Source of the DNA: a virus
Lineage: Duplodnaviria; Heunggongvirae; Uroviricota; Caudoviricetes
Length of the DNA: 46,738 nucleotides
Direction: 5' to 3' (one strand)
IMG/VR virus record: IMGVR_UViG_2563366826_000001
Part shown: positions 17,404-31,321 of the stretch, piece after piece
Layout: every line of letters starts with the position of its first letter
How positions within the stretch are numbered: the first letter of the stretch is position 1
Notes under the pieces: model-generated
The model's database searches: none
Told to the model about the DNA's origin: nothing
Seen by the model: only the letters and a program-made list of their open reading frames with translations
Made by a program: the position numbers and the translations under genes

Positions 17404-17762
17404 ATACCTACAGCATCACATTACCCTGGCCTCCGAGCAATAATCGCTATTACCGCCATAATCGCGGGCGCACGCACGTCAGCGCAGAGGGGCAGGCATA
17501 CCGCGATAACGTCGCCCGAATCATTAAAAACGCAATGCTGGATATCGGCCTGGCTATGCCTGTGAAAATCCGCATTGAGTGCCACATGCCGGATCGCCGT
17601 CGCCGTGACCTGGATAATCTGCAAAAAGCCGCTTTTGACGCACTCACTAAAGCAGGTTTCTGGCTGGATGATGCTCAGGTCGTTGATTACCGCGTTGTGA
17701 AGATGCCTGTTACCAAAGGTGGGAGGCTGGAACTGACCATCACCGAAATGGGGAATGAATGA
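17400..17762 (+). CDS. rusA: Holliday-junction resolvase RusA (120 aa), GTG start
   Basis: [38 protein letters not shown] matches E. coli DLP12 RusA. Confidence 0.92.
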   Translation: MNTYSITLPWPPSNNRYYRHNRGRTHVSAEGQAYRDNVARIIKNAMLDIGLAMPVKIRIECHMPDRRRRDLDNLQKAAFDALTKAGFWLDDAQVVDYRVVKMPVTKGGRLELTITEMGNE

Positions 17763-17899
17763 TGTTTGAGTTTAATATGGCAGAACGTCTTCGCCACCGC
17801 TGGGGGCGTCTGCGCTTATATCGTTTCCCCGGTTCTGTTTTGACCGATTACCGAATACTGAAGAATTACGCCAAAACCCTGACAGGAGCAGGAGTATGA
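17759..17899 (+). CDS. ylcG: YlcG-like small protein (46 aa)
   Basis: Manual translation [46 protein letters not shown]; overlaps rusA stop. Confidence 0.6.
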   Translation: MMFEFNMAERLRHRWGRLRLYRFPGSVLTDYRILKNYAKTLTGAGV

Positions 17900-17984
17900 A
17901 GTCAGAGATAACAATCAACTAATACTGTTTCGTTGATTTTTGCTTGTAATTGGCGTTCTGGTCTGATTTTTGTGGAGTAAGTTG

Positions 17985-18368
17985 ATGCGTGATATTCAGA
18001 TGGTTCTTGAGCGTTGGGGAGCGTGGGCGGCTAATAATCATGAAGATGTGACCTGGTCGTCCATTGCCGCCGGTTTTAAGGGATTAATTACTTCAAAAGT
18101 AAAATCTCGCCCGCAATGTTGTGACGATGACGCGATGATCATTTGCGGGTGCATGGCCCGTCTGAAAAAGAACAACAGCGATTTGCACGATTTATTAGTA
18201 GATTATTATGTAGTCGGTATGACATTCATGTCACTGGCAGGTAAGCATTGCTGCTCTGATGGTTATATCGGGAAAAGGTTACAGAAGGCTGAGGGCATAA
18301 TTGAAGGGATGTTAATGGCATTAGATATCCGGTTAGAGATGGATATCGTTGTTAATAACTCTAATTAA
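17985..18368 (+). CDS. Q: Late-gene antiterminator Q (DLP12 QuuD / phage-82 type), 127 aa
   Basis: [34 protein letters not shown]... matches DLP12 QuuD; GGAG RBS; the ORF-track start at 17970 is a TTG. Confidence 0.85.
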   Translation: MRDIQMVLERWGAWAANNHEDVTWSSIAAGFKGLITSKVKSRPQCCDDDAMIICGCMARLKKNNSDLHDLLVDYYVVGMTFMSLAGKHCCSDGYIGKRLQKAEGIIEGMLMALDIRLEMDIVVNNSN

Positions 18369-18402
18369 TACGCCAATTATTTACTAAAAGTTATTAAAAA
18401 TG

Positions 18403-18545
18403 GGGCGTTGAAACGCCCCCAAAAATAAAGGGTAATATATAACAGAAGGTTTGTATAGTTAGAAGCAAGGTTGTGCTTCTAAAGGAAGTGGCTTGAGGGA
18501 GCCACTTATATGTTGGGGAGGCAAAGCCTCCCACAACATATCTTT
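18403..18545 (-). terminator. Cluster of strong hairpins downstream of the porin gene (ggggcgtt-gaa-acgcccc at 18403-18420; agtggct/agccact and tatgttgggaggc/gcctcccacaacata at 18490-18545)
   Basis: Inverted repeats seen in sequence; the 18403-18420 hairpin has a T-run on the minus-strand side. Confidence 0.45.
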
Positions 18546-18556
18546 TAGTAATCAAA

Positions 18557-19654
18557 TTAGAACTGGTAAACCAGACCTACAGCAACGATGTCATCAGTGC
18601 TTACACCGAGTGCTTTAGTGAAGTCATTTTTGTCAAGCAGGTTGATTTTGTAATCAACGAAAGTAGACATATTTTTGTTGAAGTAATAGGTTGCACCTAC
18701 ATCAACATATTTGACTAAGTCCTGATCGCCCCATACTCCAAGATCCTTACCTTTAGATTGCAGGTAAGCAACGGACGGACGCAGACCGAAATCGAACTGA
18801 TATTGTGCAACAGCTTCGAAGTTTTGGGCTTTATTAGCAACGAAGTGATCAGCAAATACAGTCATATTCTGGGTTTCAGAATAGGTAGTGGCCAGGTAAA
18901 TGTTGTTAGCGTCATATTTCAGACCTGCGGCCCAAACTTCTGCATTTTTACCGGAAGCAAATACTTCAGGAAGAACTTTCCCTGCATTAACTTGAGTGTC
19001 GGTACGATCAGATTTTGCATAAGTTGCACCGATACCGAATCCTTCGTATTCATAGGTAGCAGAGAAACCGAAGCCATCACCGTTACCTTCGGTGTAGTTA
19101 TCGAAATCGCTACGATCGTTTTTGCCTTGGTACTGAGCAGCAAAGTTCAGACCATCAACCAGGCCAAAGAAGTCGTTGTTACGATAGGTTGCAACACCAG
19201 TGGTGCGACCAGTCATGAACACATCTGTTTGGGTCCAGGTATCGCCACCGAATTCTGGCAGAACGTCAGTCCACGCACCGATGTCGTATGCTACACCGTA
19301 GTTACGGCCGTAATCGATGGAGCCGTAGTCACCGAATTTCAGGCCAGCGAAGGCAAGACGGGTTTTATCTTTGGAGGAACCTTGAGATTCAGCGCGGTTG
19401 CCTTTGAATTCATATTCCCACTGACCGAAACCAGTCAGTTGATCGTTGATTTGGGTTTCACCTTTGAAGCCAAGACGGGCATAAGTAGTATCACCATCAT
19501 CTGCATCATTAGAGGAGAAGTAGTGCTTAGCATTAACTTTCCCGTACAGATCCAGCTTGTTACTGTCTTTATTATAAATTTCAGCTGCCTGAGCAGACAT
19601 CGCCATCAGTACTGATGCAGCTACAGCAGAAATTGCCACTGTTAATTTTTTCAT
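18557..19654 (-). CDS. nmpC: Outer-membrane general porin, OmpC/NmpC/Lc family (365 aa), intact
   Basis: Signal peptide [39 protein letters not shown]..., C-terminal YQF; matches porin family; located between Q and holin as in DLP12. Confidence 0.9.
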   Translation of the reverse strand: MKKLTVAISAVAASVLMAMSAQAAEIYNKDSNKLDLYGKVNAKHYFSSNDADDGDTTYARLGFKGETQINDQLTGFGQWEYEFKGNRAESQGSSKDKTRLAFAGLKFGDYGSIDYGRNYGVAYDIGAWTDVLPEFGGDTWTQTDVFMTGRTTGVATYRNNDFFGLVDGLNFAAQYQGKNDRSDFDNYTEGNGDGFGFSATYEYEGFGIGATYAKSDRTDTQVNAGKVLPEVFASGKNAEVWAAGLKYDANNIYLATTYSETQNMTVFADHFVANKAQNFEAVAQYQFDFGLRPSVAYLQSKGKDLGVWGDQDLVKYVDVGATYYFNKNMSTFVDYKINLLDKNDFTKALGVSTDDIVAVGLVYQF

Positions 19655-20083
19655 CGTGAGCCCTTTTTTTTGAACTATTATTAAAAAATGATGTCACTGC
19701 GCGATAAATATTCATCTAATCAATATGATTATTTCAAGATGTAAGTTTTGGTTTCTCGTTTGATTTGTGAAGTAGATCTCTATTTTTATCTGAACTTTTT
19801 TCTATCGAATCCTATTCATGGCTCTTGGCTGAATAAAAATAAATCTATTAGCCAATTTATATTAACGTTTGTTATTTATAAGTGCTCTATGATTTGAAGG
19901 TTCAATTTAAATCGGCTAAAAATAACACTAGAAATTATTTGTTGGTTATTTGTTGAGATTTGCTTATGTATTTGTAGTGGTGTTTTCAATACTCGGTAGC
20001 ATTCTCGCAAATATCATTTAGTGGTTTACGTACGTAAAAAATTGGTTATGCTGTTAAGAGTGGTTACTTCGTCACACAGCTTA

Positions 20084-20108
20084 AACCCGCCGTCGAGCGG
20101 GTTTTTCC
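20084..20108 (+). terminator. Candidate rho-independent terminator upstream of the lysis cassette (cccgc-cgtcga-gcggg + T5)
   Basis: Hairpin plus T-run seen in sequence. Confidence 0.4.
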
Positions 20109-20227
20109 ATTTTTTGAGTCTCGATATTAGCTGATAACCCAATACCTGAGTTATTCACTGACTCCGAGTCTGTTACGTTTCGTAGTATTCCCTCAATTTA
20201 CACCCGCTTTGTCTGCGAGGTGGGGTT

Positions 20228-20443
20228 ATGAAATCCATGGATAAGTTAACAACGGGTGTCGCCTATGGCACCTCAGCAGGTAGTGCCGGTTACTGGTTTT
20301 TACAGCTGCTCGATAAAGTCACGCCCTCACAGTGGGCAGCAATAGGTGTGCTGGGTAGCCTGGTATTTGGCCTGCTGACGTACCTGACAAACCTTTATTT
20401 CAAGATTAAAGAAGATAAGCGCAAGGCTGCGAGAGGTGAATAA
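20228..20443 (+). CDS. S: Class II holin (pinholin S21-like) with dual-start motif MKSM (71/68 aa)
   Basis: [29 protein letters not shown]... two TM segments; resembles phage 21 S / DLP12 EssD. Confidence 0.88.
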
Positions 20444-20940
20444 TGCCTCCATCATTACGAAAAGCCGTTGCTGCTGCTATTGGTGGCGGAGCAATTGCTA
20501 TAGCATCAGTGTTAATTACTGGCCCAAGTGGTAACGATGGTCTGGAAGGTGTCAGCTACATACCATACAAAGATATTGTTGGTGTATGGACTGTATGTCA
20601 CGGGCATACAGGAAAAGACATCATGCTCGGTAAAACGTATACCAAAGCAGAATGCAAAGCCCTCCTGAATAAAGACCTTGCCACGGTCGCCAGACAAATT
20701 AACCCGTACATCAAAGTCGATATACCGGAAACAATGCGCGGCGCTCTTTACTCATTCGTTTACAACGTGGGTGCTGGCAATTTCAGAACATCGACGCTTC
20801 TTCGCAAAATAAACCAGGGCGATATCAAAGGCGCATGTGATCAGCTACGTCGCTGGACATATGCTGGCGGTAAGCAATGGAAAGGTCTCATGACTCGTCG
20901 TGAGATTGAGCGTGAAATCTGTTTGTGGGGTCAGCAATGA
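20443..20940 (+). CDS. R: SAR endolysin (lysozyme R21-like), 165 aa
   Basis: N-terminal Gly/Ala-rich SAR domain ([20 protein letters not shown]), T4-lysozyme-like core; ATGA overlap with holin. Confidence 0.9.
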   Translation: MPPSLRKAVAAAIGGGAIAIASVLITGPSGNDGLEGVSYIPYKDIVGVWTVCHGHTGKDIMLGKTYTKAECKALLNKDLATVARQINPYIKVDIPETMRGALYSFVYNVGAGNFRTSTLLRKINQGDIKGACDQLRRWTYAGGKQWKGLMTRREIEREICLWGQQ

Positions 20941-21374
20941 ACAGAGTAACCGCGATTATCTCCGCTCTGGTTATCTGCATCATCGTCTGCCTGTCATGGG
21001 CTGTTAATCATTACCGTGATAACGCCACGACCTACAAAGAACAGCGCGACAAAGCCACATCCATCATCGCTGACATGCAGAAGCGTCAACGTGACGTAGC
21101 AGAACTCGATGCCAGATATACAAAGGAGCTTGCTGATGCTAACGCGACTATCGAAAGTCTCCGTGATGATGTTTCTGCTGGGCGTAAGCGGCTGCAAGTC
21201 GCCGCCTCCTGTGCAAAGTCAAAGACCGGAGCCAGCAGCATGGGCGATGGAGAAAGCCCAAGACTTACAGCAGATGCTGAACTCAATTATTACCGTCTCC
21301 GAAGTGGAATCGACAGGATAACCGCGCAGGTTAACTACCTGCAGGAGTGCATCAGGACGCAATGTCTGAAATAA
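20937..21374 (+). CDS. Rz: i-spanin Rz (145 aa)
   Basis: N-terminal TM helix, coiled-coil body; overlaps R stop; contains embedded Rz1. Confidence 0.8.
   Translation: MNRVTAIISALVICIIVCLSWAVNHYRDNATTYKEQRDKATSIIADMQKRQRDVAELDARYTKELADANATIESLRDDVSAGRKRLQVAASCAKSKTGASSMGDGESPRLTADAELNYYRLRSGIDRITAQVNYLQECIRTQCLK
21166..21321 (+). CDS. Rz1: o-spanin Rz1 lipoprotein embedded in +1 frame of Rz (51 aa)
   Basis: [17 protein letters not shown]... lipobox LLGVSGC followed by Pro-rich segment. Confidence 0.7.
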   Translation: MMFLLGVSGCKSPPPVQSQRPEPAAWAMEKAQDLQQMLNSIITVSEVESTG

Positions 21375-21406
21375 TTTTTTTGCAAATCACAAAGTCCATT
21401 TAATGA

Positions 21407-21431
21407 GCCTCGCGATGCGGGGCTTTTTTGC
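21407..21431 (+). terminator. Candidate rho-independent terminator after Rz
   Basis: agcctcgc-gat-gcggggct hairpin followed by tttttt. Confidence 0.4.
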
Positions 21432-21578
21432 AATAAATGCGTACCGCAACGCATGTTTTTTTTACACCGAACCTGCCCCTTTGGAATGGGCCTTTGAGGA
21501 TACCAGTTAGTGCTGGCGAGCCTCGGTGGGCTGGTTTCCTGTGCGGCAAAGGTTCATTTCAAATGGTAGGTAAACGTT

Positions 21579-22100
21579 ATGAATATCGTGCCACTTAATT
21601 ACAAAGGTGAAATTGTCAGTTTCAACACTGATGGTTGGATCAACGTCACAGGTGTTGCTGAGAGATTTGGGAAACGCATTGATAACTGGATGCGTTTGGC
21701 AGAAACGCTTGAATACGTTCGTGCTTTAGACGAAGCGTTGACCGGGAAAGAATCTCAAATTTTACATCCCTCACAATCGAGGTATGTAAAAACCAGCAAG
21801 GCACGAAAGGACAGGGGTGGTGGTACGTGGCTACATCCAAAACTTTCAGTTGCATTTGCCCGTTGGTGTGATGCTCGTTTTGCTGTGTGGTGCGACCTGC
21901 ACATTGATAGTCTGCTTCGCGGTGAACTGACTGAGCAGCAGAAATATGAGCAAGCATGTCGCATTCGCGATGACCGGGAATCAAAAGCCAGCAATGGGGC
22001 AAGAGAGATGGCTCGCTGGCGATGGGATAAGCCGGTTATTGAAGCAAATGTTGAGTACTGGCGCGAGCAACTGCAGTTGACTCTCGATATCGCGTGCTGA
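21579..22100 (+). CDS. KilA-N domain-like protein (173 aa)
   Basis: N-terminal GEIVSFNTDGWINVTGVAERFGKRIDNWMR resembles the KilA-N/Bro-N pattern; assignment tentative. Confidence 0.5.
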   Translation: MNIVPLNYKGEIVSFNTDGWINVTGVAERFGKRIDNWMRLAETLEYVRALDEALTGKESQILHPSQSRYVKTSKARKDRGGGTWLHPKLSVAFARWCDARFAVWCDLHIDSLLRGELTEQQKYEQACRIRDDRESKASNGAREMARWRWDKPVIEANVEYWREQLQLTLDIAC

Positions 22101-22239
22101 TGGCAAACGCAAAACTGCGTTATCGAAAAAATCAAAGCATTACTAGAACTGAGCAACGGCTATCCATTACAAAGCCCATCTACGGGTGGGCTTGATAATG
22201 GCTTATACCCTGCACGGGATAACTTAACTGATATCCCTT

Positions 22240-22404
22240 TTAACGGATAAAGGCATTCAAGCCTGACACATCATGCGCTGTATCGTCGCCGTATTCCCGT
22301 ATTAACAGAGACCGTAGCCCGACGGGGAACTCCTTCTGCGCGAGTGTGCGGGAATAATCAAAAACGATGCACACCGGGGTTACCGGGTACACATATTTCA
22401 TCAT
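22240..22404 (-). CDS. Small hypothetical protein (54 aa, MMKYVYPVTPVCIVFDYSR...)
   Basis: Manual translation only; no family recognised. Confidence 0.25.
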   Translation of the reverse strand: MMKYVYPVTPVCIVFDYSRTLAQKEFPVGLRSLLIREYGDDTAHDVSGLNAFIR

Positions 22405-22449
22405 GCCAGCGAGTCCGGTTCTGGCACGGAAGAAACCGGACGTTATGAT

Positions 22450-22875
22450 TTAGTGCGGAAATATTTGTGTAGTGTTCTGAATGTTCTCAGTAAAGAGTAA
22501 TGAATTATCAAAGGTATAGTAATACCTTTTGTTTTCGTGGATATTTGTAATCCATCTGAAAACCCCTGCTGTAGCAAGATTTTTTCTGTATTCGTAAAAT
22601 GATAACTCTCCTGATTTGAATCCTTTTAAGGTGGCTTCTATAAGGCATTTATTTTTTGAAAATCTTACATTTACAACCTTACCCTGTCCTTTTATTAAAA
22701 CCGTATTATCGTTTTCAAGAACAAGATGAATATTCTCTGTAGCTAAATAGTAAATGTAATGTGAGACATTGTGACGTTTTAGTTCAGAATAAAACCAGTG
22801 ATAGTTTAAATTATTTCGCACTTTATCGAATATTTGTTTAAAAATGGCAACCTGAGCCATTGTAGTACCTTCCAT
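22450..22875 (-). CDS. Hypothetical protein (141 aa), AT-rich
   Basis: ORF in a strongly AT-rich block just left of cos; function unknown. Confidence 0.5.
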   Translation of the reverse strand: MEGTTMAQVAIFKQIFDKVRNNLNYHWFYSELKRHNVSHYIYYLATENIHLVLENDNTVLIKGQGKVVNVRFSKNKCLIEATLKGFKSGELSFYEYRKNLATAGVFRWITNIHENKRYYYTFDNSLLFTENIQNTTQIFPH

Positions 22876-22916
22876 GTGATATGAGGGGCGTAGTCTGCAC
22901 GATTATCTAAATTGCT

Positions 22917-23150
22917 TCAATCTGGTCTGATCTGTTTTCTGAGCAATTCAGTAATGTCACTCTTTTCTTTGTTTGCTTCAGGAGAAACTCTTTTTTCTGA
23001 GCACAGTCTCCGGCGGCAGGCTTCAATGACCCAGGCTGAGAAATTCCCGGACCCTTTTTGATCAAGAGCGATGTTAATTTGTTCAATCATTTGGTTAGGA
23101 AAGCGGATGTTGCGGATTGTTGTTCTGCGGGTTCTGTTCTTCGTTGACAT
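22917..23150 (-). CDS. Hypothetical small basic protein (77 aa)
   Basis: ORF in the region matching the lambda right end; function unknown. Confidence 0.4.
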   Translation of the reverse strand: MSTKNRTRRTTIRNIRFPNQMIEQINIALDQKGSGNFSAWVIEACRRRLCSEKRVSPEANKEKSDITELLRKQIRPD

Positions 23151-23349
23151 GAGGTTGTCCCGTATTTAGTGTCGCTGATTTGTATTGTCTGAAGTTGTTT
23201 TTACGTTAAGTTGATGCAGATCAATTAATATGATACCTGCGTCATAATTGATTATTTGACGTGGTTTGATGGCGTAGATGCACGTTGTGACATGCAGATG
23301 ATAATCATTATCATTTTGCGGGTCCTTTCCGGCGATCCGACAGGTTACG

Positions 23350-23361
23350 GGGCGGCGACCT
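23350..23361. other. cos: cosN cohesive-end site (GGGCGGCGACCT) flanked by lambda cosQ/cosB sequence
   Basis: cgttgtgacatgcagatgataatcattatcattttgcgggtcctttccggcgatccgacaggttacg|gggcggcgacctcgcgggttttcgctatttatgaaaattttccgg matches the lambda genome termini. Confidence 0.9.
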
Positions 23362-23538
23362 CGCGGGTTTTCGCTATTTATGAAAATTTTCCGGTTTAAG
23401 GCGTTTCCGTTCTTCTTCGTCATAACTTAATGTTTTTATTTAAAATACCCTCTGAAAAGAAAGGAAGCGACAGGTGCTGAAAGCGAGCTTTTTGGCCTCT
23501 GTCGTTTCCTTTCTCTGTTTTTGTCCGTGGAATGAACA

Positions 23539-24058
23539 ATGGAAGTCAACAAAAAGCAGCTGGCTGACATTTTCGGTGCGAGTATCCGTACCATTCAGAA
23601 CTGGCAGGAACAGGGAATGCCCGTTCTGCGAGGCGGTGGCAAGGGTAATGAGGTGCTTTATGACTCTGCCGCCGTCATAAAATGGTATGCCGAAAGGGAT
23701 GCTGAAATTGAGAACGAAAAGCTGCGCCGGGAGGTTGAAGAACTGCGGCAGGCCAGCGAGGCAGATCTCCAGCCAGGGACTATTGAGTACGAACGCCATC
23801 GACTTACGCGTGCGCAGGCCGACGCACAGGAACTGAAGAATGCCAGAGACTCCGCTGAAGTGGTGGAAACCGCATTCTGTACTTTCGTGTTGTCGCGGAT
23901 CGCAGGTGAAATTGCCAGTATTCTCGACGGGATCCCCCTGTCGGTGCAGCGGCGTTTTCCGGAACTGGAAAACCGACATGTTGATTTCCTGAAACGGGAT
24001 ATCATCAAAGCCATGAACAAAGCAGCCGCGCTGGATGAACTGATACCGGGGTTGCTGA

Positions 24059-24084
<26 letters not shown>
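23539..24084 (+). CDS. nu1: Terminase small subunit Nu1 (181 aa)
   Basis: MEVNKKQLADIFGASIRTIQNWQEQGMPVLRGGGKGNEVLYDSAAVIKWYAERD matches lambda Nu1. Confidence 0.97.
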
Positions 24085-27765
<3,681 letters not shown>

Positions 27766-27785
<20 letters not shown>

Positions 27786-29085
27786 TCTCCCGCATATTGC
27801 CAGTATGGCCTTTAATGAGCCGCTGATGCTTGAACCCGCCTATGCGCGGGTTTTCTTTTGTGCGCTTGCAGGCCAGCTTGGGATCAGCCGCCTGACGGAT
27901 GCGGTGTCCGGCGACAGCCTGACTGCCGGAGAGGCACCCGCGGCGCTGGCGTTATCCGTTGATGATGACGGACCACGACAGGCCCGCAGTTATCAGGTCA
28001 TGAACGGCATCGCCGTGCTGCCGGTGTCCGGCACGCTGGTCAGCCGGACGCGGGCGCTGCAGCCGTATTCGGGGATGACCGGTTACAACGGCATTATCGC
28101 CCGTCTGCAACAGGCTGCCAGCGATCCGATGGTGGACGGCATTCTGCTGGATATGGACACACCGGGCGGGATGGTGGCGGGAGCATTTGACTGTGCTGAC
28201 ATCATCGCCCGTGTGCGAGACATAAAACCGGTATGGGCGCTGGCCAACGACATGAACTGCAGTGCAGGTCAGCTGCTTGCCAGCGCCGCCTCCCGGCGTC
28301 TGGTCACGCAGACCGCCCGGACAGGCTCCATCGGCGTCATGATGGCTCACAGTAATTACGGTGCTGCGCTGGAGAAACAGGGCGTGGAAATCACGCTGAT
28401 TTACAGCGGCAGCCATAAGGTGGATGGCAACCCCTACAGCCATCTACCGGATGATGTCCGGGAAACACTGCAGTCCCGGATGGATGCAACCCGCCGGATG
28501 TTTGCACAGAAGGTGTCGGCATATACCGGCCTGTCCGTGCAGGCTGTGCTGGATACCGAGGCTGCAGTGTACAGCGGTCAGGAGGCCATTGATGCCGGAC
28601 TGGCTGATGAACTTGTGAACAGTACCGATGCGATCACCGTCATGCGTGATGCACTGGATGCACGTAAATCCCGTCTCTCAGGAGGGCGAATGACCAAAGA
28701 GACTCAATCAACAACTGTTTCAGCCACTGCTTCGCAGGCTGACGTTACTGGCGTGGTGCAAGCGACGGAGGGCGAGAACGCCAGCGCTGCGCAGCCGGAC
28801 GTGAACGCGCAGATCACCGCAGCGGTTGCGGCAGAAAACAGTCGCATTATGGGGATCCTCAACTGTGAGGAGGCTCACGGACGCGAAGAACAGGCATGCG
28901 TGCTGGCCGAAACCCCCGGTATGACCGTGGAAACGGCCCGCCGTATTCTGGCCGCAGCACCACAGAGTGCACAGGCGCGCAGTGACACTGCGCTGGATCG
29001 TCTGATGCAGGGGGCACCGGCACCGCTGGCTGCAGGTAACCCGGCATCTGATGCCGTTAACGATTTGCTGAACACACCAGTGTAA
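27766..29085 (+). CDS. C: Capsid protease/scaffold C (439 aa), GTG start
   Basis: VTAELRNLPHIASMAFNEPLMLEPAYARVFF matches lambda gpC; the ORF-track start at 27631 is an upstream in-frame ATG inside B. Confidence 0.93.
28480..29085 (+). CDS. nu3: Scaffolding protein Nu3 (in-frame internal start within C)
   Basis: Internal ATG 606 nt from the C stop, same arrangement as lambda Nu3. Confidence 0.75.
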   Translation: MDATRRMFAQKVSAYTGLSVQAVLDTEAAVYSGQEAIDAGLADELVNSTDAITVMRDALDARKSRLSGGRMTKETQSTTVSATASQADVTGVVQATEGENASAAQPDVNAQITAAVAAENSRIMGILNCEEAHGREEQACVLAETPGMTVETARRILAAAPQSAQARSDTALDRLMQGAPAPLAAGNPASDAVNDLLNTPV

Positions 29086-29094
29086 GGGATGTTT

Positions 29095-29427
29095 ATGACG
29101 AGCAAAGAAACCTTTACCCATTACCAGCCGCTGGGCAACAGTGACCCGGCTCATACCGCAACCGCGCCCGGCGGGTTGAGTGCGAAAGCGCCTGCAATGA
29201 CCCCGCTGATGCTGGACACCTCCACCCGTAAGCTGGTTGCGTGGGATGGCACCACCGACGGTGCTGCCGTTGGCATTCTTGCAGTTGCTGCTGACCAGAC
29301 CAGCACCACACTGACGTTCTACAAGTCCGGCACGTTCCGTTATGAGGATGTGCTCTGGCCGGAGGCTGCCAGCGACGAGACGAAAAAACGGACCGCGTTT
29401 GCCGGAACGGCAATCAGCATCGTTTAA
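29095..29427 (+). CDS. D: Head decoration protein D (110 aa)
   Basis: [39 protein letters not shown] matches lambda gpD. Confidence 0.96.
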   Translation: MTSKETFTHYQPLGNSDPAHTATAPGGLSAKAPAMTPLMLDTSTRKLVAWDGTTDGAAVGILAVAADQTSTTLTFYKSGTFRYEDVLWPEAASDETKKRTAFAGTAISIV

Positions 29428-29437
29428 CCTGACCCTT

Positions 29438-29468
29438 CATCACTAAAGGCCGCCTGTGCGGCTTTTTT
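29438..29468 (+). other. Stem-loop between D and E (gccgc-ctgt-gcggc + T-run)
   Basis: Hairpin with U-tract in the D-E intergenic region. Confidence 0.4.
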
Positions 29469-29482
29469 TACGGGATTTTTTT

Positions 29483-30508
29483 ATGTCGATGTACACAACC
29501 GCCCAGCTGCTGGCGGCAAATGAGCAGAAATTTAAGTTTGATCCGCTGTTTCTGCGTCTCTTTTTCCGTGAGAGCTATCCCTTCACCACGGAGAAAGTCT
29601 ATCTCTCACAAATTCCTGGACTGGTAAACATGGCGCTGTACGTTTCGCCAATTGTTTCCGGTGAGGTTATCCGTTCCCGTGGCGGCTCCACCTCTGAATT
29701 TACGCCGGGTTATGTCAAGCCGAAGCATGAGGTGAATCCGCAGATGACCCTGCGTCGCCTGCCGGATGAAGATCCGCAGAATCTGGCGGACCCGGCTTAC
29801 CGCCGCCGTCGCATCATCCTGCAGAACATGCGTGACGAAGAGCTGGCCATTGCTCAGGTCGAAGAGATGCAGGCAGTTTCTGCCGTGCTCAAGGGCAAAT
29901 ACACCATGACCGGTGAAGCCTTCGATCCGGTTGAGGTGGATATGGGCCGCAGTGCGGCGAACAACATCACGCAGTCCGGCGGCACGGAGTGGAGCAAGCG
30001 TGACAAGTCCACGTATGACCCGACCGACGATATCGAAGCCTACGCGCTGAACGCCAGCGGCGTGGTGAATATCATCGTGTTTGATCCGAAAGGCTGGGCG
30101 CTGTTCCGTTCCTTCAAAGCCGTCAAGGAGAAGCTGGATACCCGTCGCGGCTCTAATTCCGAGCTGGAGACAGCGGTAAAAGACCTGGGCGAAGCGGTGT
30201 CCTATAAGGGGATGTATGGCGATACGGCGATCGTCGTGTATTCCGGACAGTACGTGGAAAACGACGTCAAAAAGAACTTCCTGCCGGACAACACGATGGT
30301 GCTGGGGAACACTCAGGCACGCGGTCTGCGCACCTATGGCTGCATTCAGGATGCGGACGCACAGCGCGAAGGTATTAACGCCTCTGCCCGCTACCCGAAA
30401 AACTGGGTGACCACCGGCGATCCGGCGCGTGAGTTCACCATGATTCAGTCAGCACCGCTGATGCTGCTGGCTGATCCTGATGCGTTCGTGTCCGTACAAC
30501 TGGCGTAA
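29483..30508 (+). CDS. E: Major capsid protein E (341 aa)
   Basis: MSMYTTAQLLAANEQKFKFDPLFLRLFFRESYPFTTEK matches lambda gpE. Confidence 0.97.
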   Translation: MSMYTTAQLLAANEQKFKFDPLFLRLFFRESYPFTTEKVYLSQIPGLVNMALYVSPIVSGEVIRSRGGSTSEFTPGYVKPKHEVNPQMTLRRLPDEDPQNLADPAYRRRRIILQNMRDEELAIAQVEEMQAVSAVLKGKYTMTGEAFDPVEVDMGRSAANNITQSGGTEWSKRDKSTYDPTDDIEAYALNASGVVNIIVFDPKGWALFRSFKAVKEKLDTRRGSNSELETAVKDLGEAVSYKGMYGDTAIVVYSGQYVENDVKKNFLPDNTMVLGNTQARGLRTYGCIQDADAQREGINASARYPKNWVTTGDPAREFTMIQSAPLMLLADPDAFVSVQLA

Positions 30509-30549
30509 TCATGGCCCTTCGGGGCCATTTTCTCTCTGTGGAGGAGTCC

Positions 30550-30945
30550 ATGACGAAAGATGAACTGATTGCCCGTCTTCAGGTGCTGGGTGAGCAACTG
30601 AACCGTGATGTCAGCCTGACGGGGACGAAAGAAGAACTGGTGCTCCGTGTGGCAGAGCTGGAAGAGGAGCTTGATGACACGGATGACGCTGCCGGTCAGG
30701 ACACATCTGTCAGCCCGGAAAATGCGCTGACCGGACATGAAAATGAGGTGGTATCAGCGCAGCCGGATACCGTGATTGATACGGCTGCTCTGGTCACGGT
30801 CGTGGCACTGGTGACGCTGCATACTGATGCACTTCACGCCACGCGGGATGAGCTTGTGGCATTTGTGCTGCCGGGAACGGCGTTTCGTGTCTCTGCCGGT
30901 GTGGCAGCCGAAATGACAGAACATGGCCTGGCCAGAATGCAATAA
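30550..30945 (+). CDS. FI: DNA packaging protein FI (131 aa)
   Basis: MTKDELIARLQVLGEQLNRDVSLTGTKEEL matches lambda FI with some substitutions. Confidence 0.92.
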   Translation: MTKDELIARLQVLGEQLNRDVSLTGTKEELVLRVAELEEELDDTDDAAGQDTSVSPENALTGHENEVVSAQPDTVIDTAALVTVVALVTLHTDALHATRDELVAFVLPGTAFRVSAGVAAEMTEHGLARMQ

Positions 30946-30956
30946 CGGGAGGCGCT

Positions 30957-31310
30957 GTGGCTGATTCCGATAACCTGTTCGATGCTGCCATTGCCCGCGC
31001 CGATGAAACGATACGCGGGTACATGGGAACGTCAGCCACCATGACATCCGGTGAGCTGTCCGGTGCTGTGATACGTGGTGTTTTTGATGACCCTGAAAAT
31101 ATCAGCTATGCCGGACAGGGGGTGCGCGTTGAAGGCTCCAGCCCGTCCCTGTTTGTCCGGACTGATGATGTGCGGCAGCTGCGGCGTGGAGACACACTGA
31201 CCATCGGCGAGGAAAACTTCTGGGTGGACCGGATTTCGCCGGATGATGGCGGAAGCTGTCATCTCTGGCTTGGGCGTGGCGTGCCGCCTGCCGTTAACCG
31301 TCGCCGCTGA
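30957..31310 (+). CDS. FII: Head completion protein FII (117 aa)
   Basis: MADSDNLFDAAIARADETIRGYMGTSATMTSGE matches lambda FII. Confidence 0.95.
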   Translation: MADSDNLFDAAIARADETIRGYMGTSATMTSGELSGAVIRGVFDDPENISYAGQGVRVEGSSPSLFVRTDDVRQLRRGDTLTIGEENFWVDRISPDDGGSCHLWLGRGVPPAVNRRR

Positions 31311-31321
31311 AAGGGGGATGT

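Noticed and set aside
18758-19615. 285-aa plus-strand ORF antisense to the porin gene
   Set aside because: Overlaps the porin CDS completely; the porin assignment is strong and the antisense translation has no recognisable features.
23166-23423. 85-aa minus-strand ORF spanning cos
   Set aside because: It runs across cosN and cosB, which are cis-acting DNA sites; likely a chance ORF.
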